Positions 1 to 13,414 of a DNA stretch of 64,000 nucleotides are shown here, in pieces. Made by a program: the position numbers and the translations under genes. Origin of the DNA: Phoronis australis (taxonomy: Eukaryota; Animalia; Phoronida); the NCBI GenBank assembly GCA_002633005.1, contig NMRA01000151.1, positions 414,400-478,399 on the forward strand. The letters are read 5' to 3'. Position 1 is the stretch's first letter, and each line of letters starts with the position of its first letter. The notes under the pieces are model-generated. The model was given only the letters and a program-made list of their open reading frames with translations. It was not told where the DNA came from and made no database searches.

Positions 1-639
1 AATTGATTTTCTTGGAAAATCTTGGATAACATCTGTATCACTTTCAGCAACTTCACCTTTAGTACTACTGTTGGTGCCTTGAAACGTTGCTATGCCGTTC
101 TATGTCCTTTCAATTTTTTGGTCTGACACTTGGTCTTCTAGTCTACAGCACTCAGCAGTATACTGTGTAGGCTACCAGGAAATGCAGCTGTTTCAGCACA
201 AACGTTTGTGACACCTCTTCTTCTTTTTGAGCTACTGATCTAAAGAGTTCCACAGTCAATCAGCTTTCGTCAGGAAGCTTTCCTAAGCTTCTTTAGGCTC
301 TGACATCACAATTTTGTGCTGTTTGATAAACCTTGAATTATACAGGCATCACACTCCATGGAGCAGCCATATTGAAGTAACTAAGCACAACAATACAATC
401 TGGCTCTCTGATTGGTCAATTCAATAGAAAAGCGCCATCAAGTGGCAGGAATGTGCATCAAATTTTGTGAAACAAAAACACCTTTTTTTAAAAAATGTGC
501 AAGTGTAGACGTGGGAACTTTTTGGAATTTGATTTATAGGTATATTATCTAGCCACATAGAAAAAACTAGGTTGCCCCCCCAAAGTACTCACAAGGATGA
601 ACGCTATGAGATCTGGCCCACCGACTACAGTACTATGCG

Positions 640-1124
640 CTTGTACGCGCAGAGTAATAATGTTTGTATATCTAAATAAAGATTCCCTTAACATCTGACC
701 ATAGGATATAAAATCGTGTTATAGTTTCACAAGAGCTTTCTGTCAAGAAACACTGAATTAGCACGTGCTCACTCAGGCGACCGCCAGGTCAATTTTATTA
801 CATCTAAAGCCGGTAACGCAATATGATTTATTCATTGTTAATTTCTCAAGACATTTTTGCTCACGAACAGTCCTGAGGCATTACAAATTGTATCTACCGA
901 GGTTATGGTGAGAATAATTCATGTTGAAACATAACAATACCGGCCACAGACACGCAGATATTTCTCGATCTCATACTAATGGTATTAACGGCGTACCTTT
1001 CGTTCTTCACTGCCGGAAACCACTTCCAAGGCATTTCGGGTTCTCGAGGAAATCGAAAAAATGATATACCCGCTTTCCTCGCAGCTTCATGGTTCGCACA
1101 AAGGGAAAATATAATCCACACCAT
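640..1124 (-). mobile_element. Kolobok-type non-autonomous element, internal part with THAP remnant (copy 1)
   Basis: Colinear with parts of 59320-60070. Translation ...CANHEAARKAGISFFRFPREPEMPWKWFPAVKNER is THAP-like. Confidence 0.7.
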
Positions 1125-4100
1125 ACACTTTTCTTAATATTACCTCAATGCTAATCCAAAGCGAGGCTAACGCTGTTAAACTGCTTCCTGTTCACAGTCA
1201 CGCAGCCTTATCTGTGCTGGCTGGTCGTGACCTTACACTTGTCCCAAACATACATGTAATCTTTAGCTTTCTAAAATCTTAGTGTAAAAAGTCTTCATAG
1301 TCATCTGGCAAGGATAACCTATCCAAAGGGTACAAGCACTCCAGTGGAAGTTACAGAACTTCATTAAAATGTGAACACTTTTACAGGCTGTATAAACATT
1401 TTTCAGTTGTCGTTGAGCTGTCAGCTGGTCAGGCACAGTAACGCTACACAGTTTATTTCGTTGGATTTTTTGTTTTCCAAGAAGAATTCAAAGATAACAA
1501 CGGTGGTAAGACTACTGGCTTAATTATAGTTAAATATTCAGTGTTGTCAGTTTTATTTGTAAATTCATTAGATCATTTCGTCAGACATTGGTTCAATTAT
1601 TTGGGACATGGATTGAACACGGTGTTTCTCTCAATCCACATTGGCCTCTTGTTGTTTTTTTATATTTGGACAATTTAAAAACCGTGAACTAAGACATTAA
1701 TATTATTTTGCATTAATATTATTTAACACCTGAAGTACAAGGTGGGTCATTTTTCTTCAATTTCTATCTGTTGCCTGATTACCCTGCAAACAGACTTCAA
1801 CATATTTGATAGTGATGTTGTCACTGGCCCTAACCAAAGTTATTCTAGTCGAAAACTAACATGGCCAACAAGAGGTGTAGTCAGTGTTATGAGCCAAATG
1901 TACATTCTAATATGCTAATAAAAACAAATTTACATAGTAACATTACACTGGATCAGTCTTGTCATTTCTTGAAAAACCATATGTATGGTGTCATTCATTC
2001 ACAATAGGGTCTCTGAAGTTTGCTTAAAACATGTTGCTGTCCACAATTGATTTACTGAGCCAGTAATGTTAAAGGAAATTGAAGTGTATGTACCAGTGAT
2101 CGTCCTTGATGTGCCTAATGACTCTCCACACGTATTCTCGAACTGGCTATTTGTTATGTTTTTCTTATTTCCTCTGAAATGAAGGGATGTTCAGTTTTGA
2201 ACCCATATCACTGAGTATCTTATTTATTAATTATCTTTTATCAGCCGTCACATTGTCCCCTTGTTCTAGTTAGTCAGTTTAGTATAGTTACATTTGATAA
2301 TGAGTCAGTCTACAGTGACGATACAAATGTCACTGAGCCACGCGAAACTAAACCCAAATAGGGTTTTAAAGGCTGCGTAGAACATTTTGAGTTTGTCAGT
2401 AGTGAGCTTTGCTGTAGATTAGGCCTACCCCAGGTCAATATTTCTCTACTTACTCTTGATATTGAGCAATTGAAACGTTCTGACAAACTTTGCTTCAGCA
2501 ATCCTAATATAAATCTACAGAAAAACGAAAAGTTCATCAAGGGGACTAATACACTCAGGTCTGCAAACTCTGCTATACCACTGTATAACTTCCAATACAA
2601 CAAGTGGTTACATACTATTCATATATATATACACTCGTGTACTAAGAGAATATCTATGTGGTTAACATGAACTTTTCAAATTCAAAACATTTTAGTGTGT
2701 AAATATTATGAAAGTGAGGGGTTATACCTGGAGAAGTATTGTTTGCATCATTGCCTACGAGATGTGCAATACTTGTTTACAACAAACATCAGTGGAAGTT
2801 TGAATGCAGTTGTTTATGCGTATGCACCAAAAACGACAAGATATACACGAAACTTCACGAGGTTGCGTCATTCAGCCAATTCATTCAAGAACCTTGGGAC
2901 AAGGGAAATCCACGGTGAAGCCGGCAGAGGCATCAGGACTAACCGTGCCCGCAAACAGTGTCATATGAACATATTACTGAGAAAGATGGACCCCAGAAAG
3001 CGCTACCATGCCAAACGAAAGTCGACCCAAAAATACAAAAAGGCCAAGTACTATCTGAGGGAAAGGCTGGCCAACACAAAACTGTTTGACGGATCTGTTT
3101 ATAGTTCAAAAAACATTGTGTCTACTAGTGCCACTGACCACAGCTACAGACTCAGTTACTGGCTGTATTTTAGTCTAAACAATAACAGTTTAAGCAAAGG
3201 ACAACTGGAAAACAGAACATAAAGGCTCTTGATAGGACTACCATATACAGCAGGCATGATTTGTATCCCCAATGACCAGTGCATTCCCCATTATTTTTAG
3301 AAATTTGCCTGGAGTTGTTAATTTTGGGGGGTTCATAAGAAAGGTGAGAGAATTTAATACAGACAGGGTTATGACTGAGGTGGGAAAAGTGGTGGGACTG
3401 AGACAGCCGCGTGCCATGCAAGTAATAAGACAAGCGATAAGCCTATACTCTGACATATTTCCCTCGAAATTTAACACCGTGAACACCGTATCCCTTCTTA
3501 TTTACAGGACCTGTACACAGCTGACACTGTCCCACAGGGTGAGACTTTAAAGATGGGGTTCCTTTTAGATTATGGGAATCCTGGAAATTTAAGGGTGCTT
3601 GGAAGAATGCACTGGCCATGGCAGAGAGGGGGTTGTTGTACATGTAAAAGCATATTTTGCGGTTGTATATAATTGTACTGTAGCACAGTTTTGCTGATGA
3701 ACTTTAACGTGTCATTTGAAATGCATTAATGATTGTCTGAAGTTAATCGCAAGCACCACATCCACACCCAGCTGCCGGGCTCCTGTGCCACCAGCTGGTC
3801 CAAGTGCACAGTCACACACAATTCTTTCTTCAATTTTTACAAAAAATGAACATAATAGTCAACAAAAACTATAGTCCAGACTTTGATTTGTGAGAGAAGA
3901 ATTAGTGCCAAAACTTGGAAACATTTCAAAGTTGAAATTTCGCCATTTCTTTTAAGGAGTTACAGAACAGTTCTCACTGGGTTTTGCCCAGCAAAACACA
4001 CGTCACTTGATTTGTCACCTTTGCTTCACTCTGCCGCAAACTGGATGCAAAGAATGACATGTTCTCAGTAATTTCACATAAAAGGCCCTTCAGATGAGAA

Positions 4101-4623
4101 CAGAAACTTTACTGTGTCTTGTATTTTTGGCCTTTTCATTCCTACTGAAAAGCAACGCACTTTCCTCCCAAAAAACATCACTTCCCAGCCGATGCACGAC
4201 TAAAGCTAAAATTAAATTCTGAAAGCAAATTTCCTACTGATTCCGAAAATGTGGTCAAAAAGTACTGTCAACCAAGTAGTTTTTGACAATTGAGGGCTAC
4301 CCGAAATCGCAGCCAATTTCTCAGTCTCAACCCAGCAATGCACAATTGCAACCGGGGGCCGCAATCTTGAAGAACAGCTACAGCCAAACAAGTGGTCTCT
4401 TTTCGTTTTCAACATGTTCACAAACACAAACAAACCACATTCACTGATCATACATGTAATGCCTACCTACAAAATACCCCAAACTTGGCTTATCCCAAAT
4501 TTTTAATATTTTGGGAGTGCAAATTAGCCGTGGTAGCAGCCTTACTGTTCAGTGTCACCTTAACAGTACTAGCCTCCTTCTGGGGTTGGAATGTGAGTCA
4601 TGCATAAATTTTGTGAAAGGCCT

Positions 4624-4802
4624 ATAGCGGCACCCACTCAGTTAAAGAATAACTGACGTCGCTACGTCGTGTAGCCTACTCACCTGAGATACAGGTTAAC
4701 GAAACACCTTTCGGCCAGGTGAGATGGACTGTATATAAAGTGATGTGGATATAGACCGATTAAGACGGTAACGAAAGTAATTAAATCGCATGGCATTCTC
4801 CT
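4624..4802 (-). mobile_element. Kolobok-type element terminus (rest of copy 1)
   Basis: Matches about 60070-60234 and ends tggcattctcct followed by TTAA at 4803-4806. Confidence 0.75.
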
Positions 4803-7762
4803 TTAATTACGACTGTGGAGTTTCTGCATACTGAGTAGGATCCGACTCTGCTTATTCGCCGAAGACGCTGGGGCGGGAAGGTCGAGTTTGTACGCCCTCC
4901 GACACTTAAAGTCTGGAGATATGGCGAGATCTTACTCAACACATGTTTCACATATGGCTTGATTCATCCCCATCACCATACCTGTCTTCATAATACTAGT
5001 CAATCTCGCTCTTTAAAAGGGAAATGTATTTTATTCTGAATAAATTTTCATAGTATTCTATGAGCTGTTGATTAATTTCACAAATAATTCAACAGCAAAA
5101 AGTAAACTTATATTCTCTAACGAAGCTAAAAAATTCACCCGCTTGGAGCGCAGCTTCTCGTGACGTATTTAGTGGGGGTGAAGACAGTGTCCTATTTTAG
5201 CGTGCAGTGAAGTGGCGTTCTTCAAATTGTCGGAATAAGAAATTTTAGTGTGCAATGTCGGGTCACCATGTATACCTGTTTGAACCGGGGCAACACAAAG
5301 TGATACCTAGTCGTCGTCATCGTCAGACGAAAATTTGCCGGTGTAACGAGTCCACATCAACAATTATACTGGTGTGACTGTGGGCAGTGAGTGTGGAATC
5401 TAGCAAGCCAGCCAACTGTCAGCCGATACTCAGGTCTGTAAACTTGAAGGGTTGGTTACGTACAGACTATAGCCGTATGAAGAATATCGTACCACCGTGT
5501 GTTGAGCTCGTTAGACCCCGAAATTTCACACAGGCCGTTGAGTACCCGGGTATAGTTAACATATGCTCGTCACCACCTCGTCGTAAATCAACATGTAGAG
5601 CTAACGAACAGGCGGGGATGCATGCAAAATCAACCGACACCCACCTTGTTCTTTGCAGCCCTATAAGTGGAAAACAATCAAACAAACGTCATTTTCTAGC
5701 ATAATTCGCAACCTTTTGTAACAAAGAAAAGTGTCGCCCGTTTCAAAAACAGCACGCTGGTGACACGGCGCAAGCGCCATTTCCTAAAATTTTGCGACGT
5801 CTTTCGGGAGATGATGACGGCTTCGCAGCCGCAAGGTTTGCTCTAAAATTCAGTTTGCTGGTATTAATATACTAAAACTTGTAACGAAATGAAATAAATT
5901 CCTATAAGAACAGTTGATAAAAGAATCGGGGGAAAAGAAACTGGTCAGGCTCAGGTGACAATCGTCGAAAGCCGACTCCAGAGAACGCATTACAATTTCA
6001 GCAGCAGCCGATTAACGACAGAACAATAATTTTTTAAACACCGGTAAATAAGTCAGTTTACTCAAGGAAGAGAGTAGTTTTAATAACACTAATTTAGAGT
6101 CGGATTTTATTTGTCCATTTTTTACCCAGATCGGCGCAAACCTGTATAAGGCTAGGGAAACTGATGGAATGCGATGACCACCCCCTTAGAAGACACCTTT
6201 TTAGAAGAGTTTGAACAACCAGGTGCCATACAAAAAGGCATGACGAATCTTTTACAGCACTGTGGCAAACAGTGAAAAAATAAGAACGGCTGATACAATG
6301 ATAAAATACGATGTAATCTCTTCACAATGTGGCACAGACCAATATGTGATCATAGATACTTGTTATGTGATAAGCAATCGAGGCCCCACCATGAAGCCAC
6401 GTTACTAAAATATCAGCCAATCAGCGATCGCCGTGAGGATTTCAGTCTTTTGACTATGAATGAGCTTTTCTTTAGCGCACAACTCGGGCAAATTATATGA
6501 CATTTATTTGTATGTTAGAACCAGTTAACTACTGCATTACTTTTACTACAGTGCCTTTTTATGTCTTCGTAACTTACAAAATCACTGCTATACGCCATTC
6601 CATATGCGCACTCAATTGATGAACATCATCCGCTGATGATAACAAATAGAGGAAAACCACAAAATAATTATTTTTTCTTTAAAAGTCAAACTCCTTCATT
6701 TATTTTCCAAAACATGTGATTTTTAATTGGATTTTGTGTTACAAAATTGTCATACACAGTTTAAAACCTCACAAAGTGCAAAAATGTATTGTTATAACGC
6801 TTTCAAGGCAAAGACAACCTTTTTCATGCCATTTGTAGTAAAACTACGGTTTGTTGAATATTATCCCAGACATATTTTTCAATTAATTACGGATTCTTGT
6901 AATTTAAATAATTAGTCGTGCCCTACTCCGGGAGTGATGTTTAGTGAATTTCTCGCCATTTTGTTTCAACGTTCGAGTTTATTGTGAGAATCTGTTCCAC
7001 TGTTGTTTTCGTTCTGGTTTCCTAAAATAGTCATCACCGCTTCCCATCGACGAGTATTCTACGACAAGCTAAGTCGTTAGAGAACTCAATTACCTTGGAT
7101 TTAGGGATCGTTTAGTTTGTAGTACCCTGAAAATGACTGGAGTCAGCAACTCATACAGTGTATCACAGTGACGTGAGTGACGGCCTTTTCATTGGCGACG
7201 AACTGCCCTCCTCACCGCATTCCTTCTATACTCTATCTTGTTGGTAGCCTAAAATCTGCTATTTTGCGACACAGTCTTTACCTCAAGTTCGGCGAATCAG
7301 CAGCGTTTCCTGCGTTATTTTCCAGTGCTGAGATCCTCTTGGCCCTTCGGTCAGCATTTATCTACATATGGTATGACACCATAGCTGGTACTTTATCTTG
7401 AAATATTAACCTAAAATGTCATTACTCGGCGAGCAGATGTTACTCCGTACGCTTCAAAGACTAATTACGCAAATACCGTAAATGTTTCATTGAGCTTCAA
7501 ACTCTATGTACCCGGTACAATGTGCATACGTGCATGCTCTCACATGTAATGCACAGACGTGAAGTAGGGTTTTGTTGAAAGCAGCTGTTATTACTTCTTC
7601 ATTAGATTTTAAAGTTAGTAAAATGCCAGATACTAATGGCCAGTCCAAATATAGAGTGCTTCATATGATTGTTGCAGAATTCCCCACTGTCGGCAGCCTT
7701 GTTCTTTTCCAAGTTACATGATTATCTGCACTGAGAACTGTCAGCAGTTTCGTGTTGTCGAA

Positions 7763-7940
7763 TTATCCACGTTTCTGCATAAGGTTGTGGGTTGAACACA
7801 GAAAGCGAAGGACCACTGACCTTGCCAAACAGTGACTGGAGGTAGCTTCTAATAGCAAAAAAGAGGGTTTGTCTGTTACTATCCGAGACATTTCGCTGAA
7901 TCCTCGTTCAAAGTCAGCTGTACTGCAAGGAAGTCTTAAT
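7763..7940 (-). pseudogene. hAT transposase C-terminal dimerisation domain remnant
   Basis: LPCSTADFERGFSEMSRIVTDK matches the hAT consensus LP.S.A..ERGFS.M..I.T..R. Confidence 0.7.
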
Positions 7941-9884
7941 GCAAAGGTCCAGTTGTCGCAGAGCACTTGGTAGGTTGTCTACTCTACTGAACCGCGTCCC
8001 CCATTCCTACGAACTCGGGCATTCTTCTGATTGCCGTTGTGGCAACCCGCCCAAACCGATCGCAAATACACCTGACTTTGTGCTCGCCACATTTTAGTCC
8101 CGGATCCCATCGGCCACGTTTGGGGGTCCAAGATGCCCAGAATAGCGCTGCTCATCGTCGTTAAGTCAACGCCACTCCAAGTTCGCAACAACGTTTTGAA
8201 TAAATTGTCCAGGATATATGGTCACGTGCGCCGGAATATTCGGCAACAATGCTGTCGCTACTGTATCAAGACTACGCCCCACTATACCGTCACTTTGGCC
8301 CCTACTGTGCGTAGGTACTACGTTACGATGTAAAAAAGTAGTTAAGTGCGCCTACGCCCACTATAACGTTACTTACGGTGCGTAGGCGCTATGTTTAAAT
8401 ACCAAAAGATGTTTATGTGCGCCTACGTGCACCGAAGCCTTACAACAGCGGTGGTGTATTCAATGACGGTCCTTACACATTTTTGGATAAATGATTATAC
8501 TTTAATTTTGCCGTGGGTCATAAAGCTGGACAGTTTGATGGTGTGGCAGGATGTCGTCAAAAAACTCCGAGAAGTGGGGGTAGTCCTCCAAGAGCTGGAC
8601 AATTGACAGGTACCATGTGTGCTGTCAGCAGCACAAAGCATTGGATTAAATTCTTTTACAAGATAAACGTTTCACTTTTTAATTTTATTTCACGGGTATA
8701 GGTAAATACTAGATAAAACTCACTGCTCAGAAATCGAATTTACGCAAAGTAACTGGCATAACACAAATGGAAACAGTAGAAAACAATGATATTTACATGC
8801 ATAGATACTTATTACACACTTAAAGACGCAATTGCAAGTAGTTAGTCGGAAGTTACGTAAATACATCTGTCAACTTTTCATTTGTGATTGCAAAACAAAC
8901 ACTCAGAAACCAGATGTCACCTTTCCCTGTAAAATACAACAACATAAGTTTATCACCCAGAAATGTACTCAGAAATATTTACGTAAGAATGACATCTAAA
9001 AGAAATTGTGCATCCTGCTTACAATAAGAATCAAGACAAATATACTCGCTTCCCATCAAAAAGGGGCATGTATATTTACCAGCTATGCTAATTACAGCTT
9101 AAACAAACAAACATATCATTGTTTGACCTGTATTAGTATCCAATCAAACACCTCAAAACGGGACGGAGAATGGTGAAACAGAGCAGTGATTGAGAAATAA
9201 GCCGAGCATTGCCATATTCTATCGAGAAGATCGTGAGATATGCGTGTTCACATGTATTTCATGCTAATTAGGAGCTAGCTTGCAAATGATGGTAAATGAG
9301 ATTAGCATTGTTTGCCCTGCACTGTATGCCACAATCAGTACAACTCATCGAGATGTTGTCGATTTCTTTAAAACTTGCTGTAAAATTTACCTTATTTCAA
9401 TTTCAACACTTAGTTCCTGGATTATTTCCATATTATACTGACAAAAATGGGCTATATTTCAGGACATAGAAAAGTGATAAGACTGCCGGTCAATCCCGTA
9501 AGATTAAGCATTGTGTATTATGTTAGAGGGCCGTAAGGAGAAGGGAAGTGTATTTAAGATCAAAGTGGCGTACATGATTCGAGTTTTATATAGATGCTTA
9601 CCATGCAAAAGAAGGACTTGTCCAGTACTTAGTATGAGTTTCACGAACGTGGAATCCTAAACAACACGCATGGGCAGCATACGGGCCCGTGATTCAATGA
9701 AATGCCTCGATACTCCATTCAAACGCATGCATTACGGTCACGAGTTCAGAAGGACACGCAATCCTTTTACATCATTCAAAATGTGATCGGGCAGAATCTC
9801 GCCATCAGCTCGAGGACTGTAGTGCTAGGCGTTAAGCTTTGTGAGTTTGCGTGGCATTAATTGATTTCTCCCACATGCTTACAG

Positions 9885-10199
9885 AGGGTCCTAATCAACT
9901 TCAAATGAACGGAGCCGGGGGAACATACAGCCAGAAAACAGCTACATTTGCAACTTATGAGAGGTCTTCCAGCACACTCACATGTACAACGGATGTAACT
10001 TTCCCTAGCGCATATTTCACCGAAAGTGCAGAATTTGCAATGAGAAAACGTCCCAAAGAACACACTGGGGACACCTACAAGAAGACCTATATGTTCACGG
10101 CACAACGATCCATGAATAAGAAGAACTTCTCCTGCACTGCTACCAACCAATGGCAACCGACAAATAAAAAAACAAAAGACGTCACTGTCGTCGTTTATT
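9885..10199 (+). CDS. Ig-like domain exon A (315 nt)
   Basis: Acceptor ttacag at 9879-9884 and donor GTACGT at 10200. xGPNQLQM...LTCTTDVTFPSA...FTAQRSMNKKNFSCTATN...VTVVVY. Confidence 0.85.
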
Positions 10200-11946
10200 G
10201 TACGTATTGTTAACTGACACACTAAACCAATGCAATATAATGGTGTACAATTTTGTCAGCTGAAACGTTCTCGATTTACCTTTCTGTCTTTGGAGTTTTC
10301 AGCAGGCAATCCTTGTCGAATTCACGTCCATTGTGCGTTTAGCCATATGTAAACGTGCGTGTGGTGCCCCGAATGTCTTCGTAAGGTATTTCTCCGTGGC
10401 TTGAGAGCTTACTAATGGTGTGCGTTGGAGTGGGTTTCAGTCTTTAAAAGGTGTGACAAGTTATATTTATGGCTGGGAATTTCAAGCAAACAGTAAGTTG
10501 GTGCGTTTATGTTATTTGAAGTAACATAAGTCAGTTCACAGTTTTAGGACTTGTAAAAATAATAACTCGGCGATTATCATTCATTTTACATTAACTTTTA
10601 GTGTTTTCAGATAGTTGTTTTCTTTACTCGTTTAAGTAGAATTTCCACATTGTAAAAGCACTTCTCTTGCTAGATACATTATATTCCTTATTTACATATC
10701 CATTTGTTCTAAGTTTGTAATTGTTCATTGCAGAAACACGAATCAGTGATGCCAAGTTTTAAAAGTAAAACTGAAGTTTTTACTCACGTTTTATTTTGAC
10801 GATAACCAACCAAAAGAGCGACATATGACTCTCAAATTGAAGAAATTGAATCAGTTACCTTTGCCTTCAAAAAGTGACGATGAGATCCCAACATCCAAGC
10901 CCCAACAGAACGATCATATACTACAAATCCAGGCATATGAAAAGATCATAGACGATGAAACCGTCATTGAAGAAAAGCTAGAAGATCAAAGAGCTCTTAT
11001 AAAGCCAACAAACACTGATATTATGTAATAGTATTCTGCATCTGTGGTGACTTTTCGAATTTTAGGCCATACTTCCAAATATCACATCTTTCACGTCCGT
11101 GGCTACATCAGGAAGGCACTGGAAAGTATTGGCCAAAACACAGTACACAGTAGCAAATTTTGTGTAAGTAATGTTCACTAGTATCTGTCGTCAATGAGAC
11201 CAGTTGCGTGTCCATGATCAGTGGAGGGCGACTATTTCTCTTATCAATGAGTTTCTGGAACACTGGAAATTATTTAGAACATTTTACGACTAGAAAAGTT
11301 TAAAGTCCTTGATGCAAACACGACAAAGCTCAGACATACAAAAATATCAGTTAAAACATCAATTAACATACATATTTCTTTTCGTGAGTATGACTGGATC
11401 CTCAAACAGACATGCATAATAATTGTAACTACATCCTAATGCAGACATGCATAATTGTAATATACATGTTTAGCAAACTTGGACAAGTGATCAAGGGCCG
11501 AGGTTTTGTTGTCAGATGGTATATTTGATATATTAGAAGCCAAGTAAAAGAATTGTGGTAAAATTTCTTTAATTTTGAGATTGTGTAAACCTATTTTGCA
11601 CCTTTCCACGTTGCGAGAATGGTGATTTTTGTTTATTGTTTATCAGCAGATTCCACAAGACCACCCATCACATTCGAGTAAGCTGTGAAATATAGACCAC
11701 TGTCATCAACCAAATTTGCACTAAAAGACAAGAATTGCACTTGTTGCATGCTATTACACAAAAAACCAATATCATAAGCAGAACTTAAATATGGCATTAC
11801 TTGTGTTTTCTCCTCACTCACATGGGCACATTTGCAATAATTATATCATCACGTTTCTGTCCAGTTGGTAAATGTCAACTACCTTCAGAGCCATTTACAA
11901 CCTACATGAGATGCAAATTTATATGTTACTTTTGGTTAGTCAAACG

Positions 11947-12090
11947 CATGGGCGGCGCAGCACTAAAAATGTGGGTGCTAAAGCCCCCTCAGCCCCCTGT
12001 GGTGCACCGCCTATAGACCATGTACGGCGTATCACTGAAAAAATTAGGGGGGGATATAGAACCCCAGCCTCTTATGATGCACCGCCCATG
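11947..12090. mobile_element. MITE with CATG termini and 5-bp TSD
   Basis: TIRs catgggcggcgca / tgcaccgcccatg. AAACG is repeated at 11942-11946 and 12091-12095. Confidence 0.8.
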
Positions 12091-13348
12091 AAACGTGATT
12101 GATTTTCTAATAGCGACTGCTGGGCAGTGATTTGTGAAATAGATTCTGCAGAAACAAGTGGACTGGAAAATTTTGTTTCACTGAGCCTGTATGTTTATCA
12201 TTAATTCTTGATTCAAAGTTGTCAACAGAAACTTGTTCTATAACCATTGCCTTTAATTGTTATACCTGTTGACAACATGTAGCACACCAGTGAAAAACTA
12301 ATATTTATTAAATAAAACATGTTCAACAACAGAATTTAATTTTAAAGCTGCTATGCAGCCGCTGTATTTGCCACAATTAACAGCTGGGACTTTTCACATG
12401 TTATGGAATTAGCCGGAACTTGTTTCTTACTCAAAGTAAGAAAGGATGACTACGTATCATTCACAAGTTTCGAGCCTTGCAGCTTTAGGTCAGTCGAAGC
12501 AGTCTCCAATTGCTAATGGGTGGCTGTTGGAGGGCGATTTGGAATGTCGCTGGACGACTCTGCCATTCATCCTATAACGTGTCATGATGGGCGTTAGCTG
12601 CAAACATAATGCAAAAAAGTGTTTGTAGTACAAAAATGTAGATGCCATAATCTGAATTGTCACTGTCGATATTGTGTAAACACAGTGTCTCGAGAAACAT
12701 TTTTCCTGACATTGATGATTATAAAACGAATGAACTTGATAAACATAATAAGCATTTTGTTTTGATGAAGAACTTTAAAACTTTAACCTTGTGGAGATTA
12801 TTGACACCATTGTATGGATTGTGATTTTAGTGGAATTGTCATGAGTATGTTCAGTGTGTCGCCCACTTGACATTTCTCTGCAATGAGGACAATGAGAATT
12901 ATGACAGTAGTGAAAGTAATTACGATGAATTTGTGACAAAACATTGGAAATAAAAGTTATTCGTATTTGAACTATATATCAAGCTTTCATTCAGTTGCAA
13001 ATTGTCAAACATATTATAAGCACAGACTATAGAAGAATGTTCTTCAGCCATCAGGAGGCACTGCACTTATTTTTAGAACAATTGTTACTGAGTCAAATTA
13101 TTCAGTTTTTACTCAATGTTCTTGATTTTTAAAGAATGGTTTTCTGTATCTAGGTTTGCTCAATGTCAAATGTCTAGGCATCTATGGTCGTTTTCTCCTT
13201 TTGGTGTACTTTATGATACTTGTTCTAAGAAATTTTCAAAGTAATTCATTTTGATATTCTTACATAGTCGTCTGTAGGTTGTAGGTCTATTTCTTCTTTC
13301 ATTGGTAGTTTCTTGTTAATGTTTGTAAATTTTTTTGAAACAGGCATT

Positions 13349-13350
<2 letters not shown>

Positions 13351-13410
<60 letters not shown>
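13351..13410. repeat. (AC)n microsatellite, about 30 units
   Basis: Perfect AC run. Confidence 0.98.

Positions 13411-13414
<4 letters not shown>

Noticed and set aside
10200-10213. Most Ig ORFs appear to end in Cys plus a few residues and a stop (e.g. VVLCK*), like small standalone genes
   Set aside because: The Cys is the T|GT of the phase-1 splice donor read through into the intron. The ORFs lack signal peptides and have clear acceptors.
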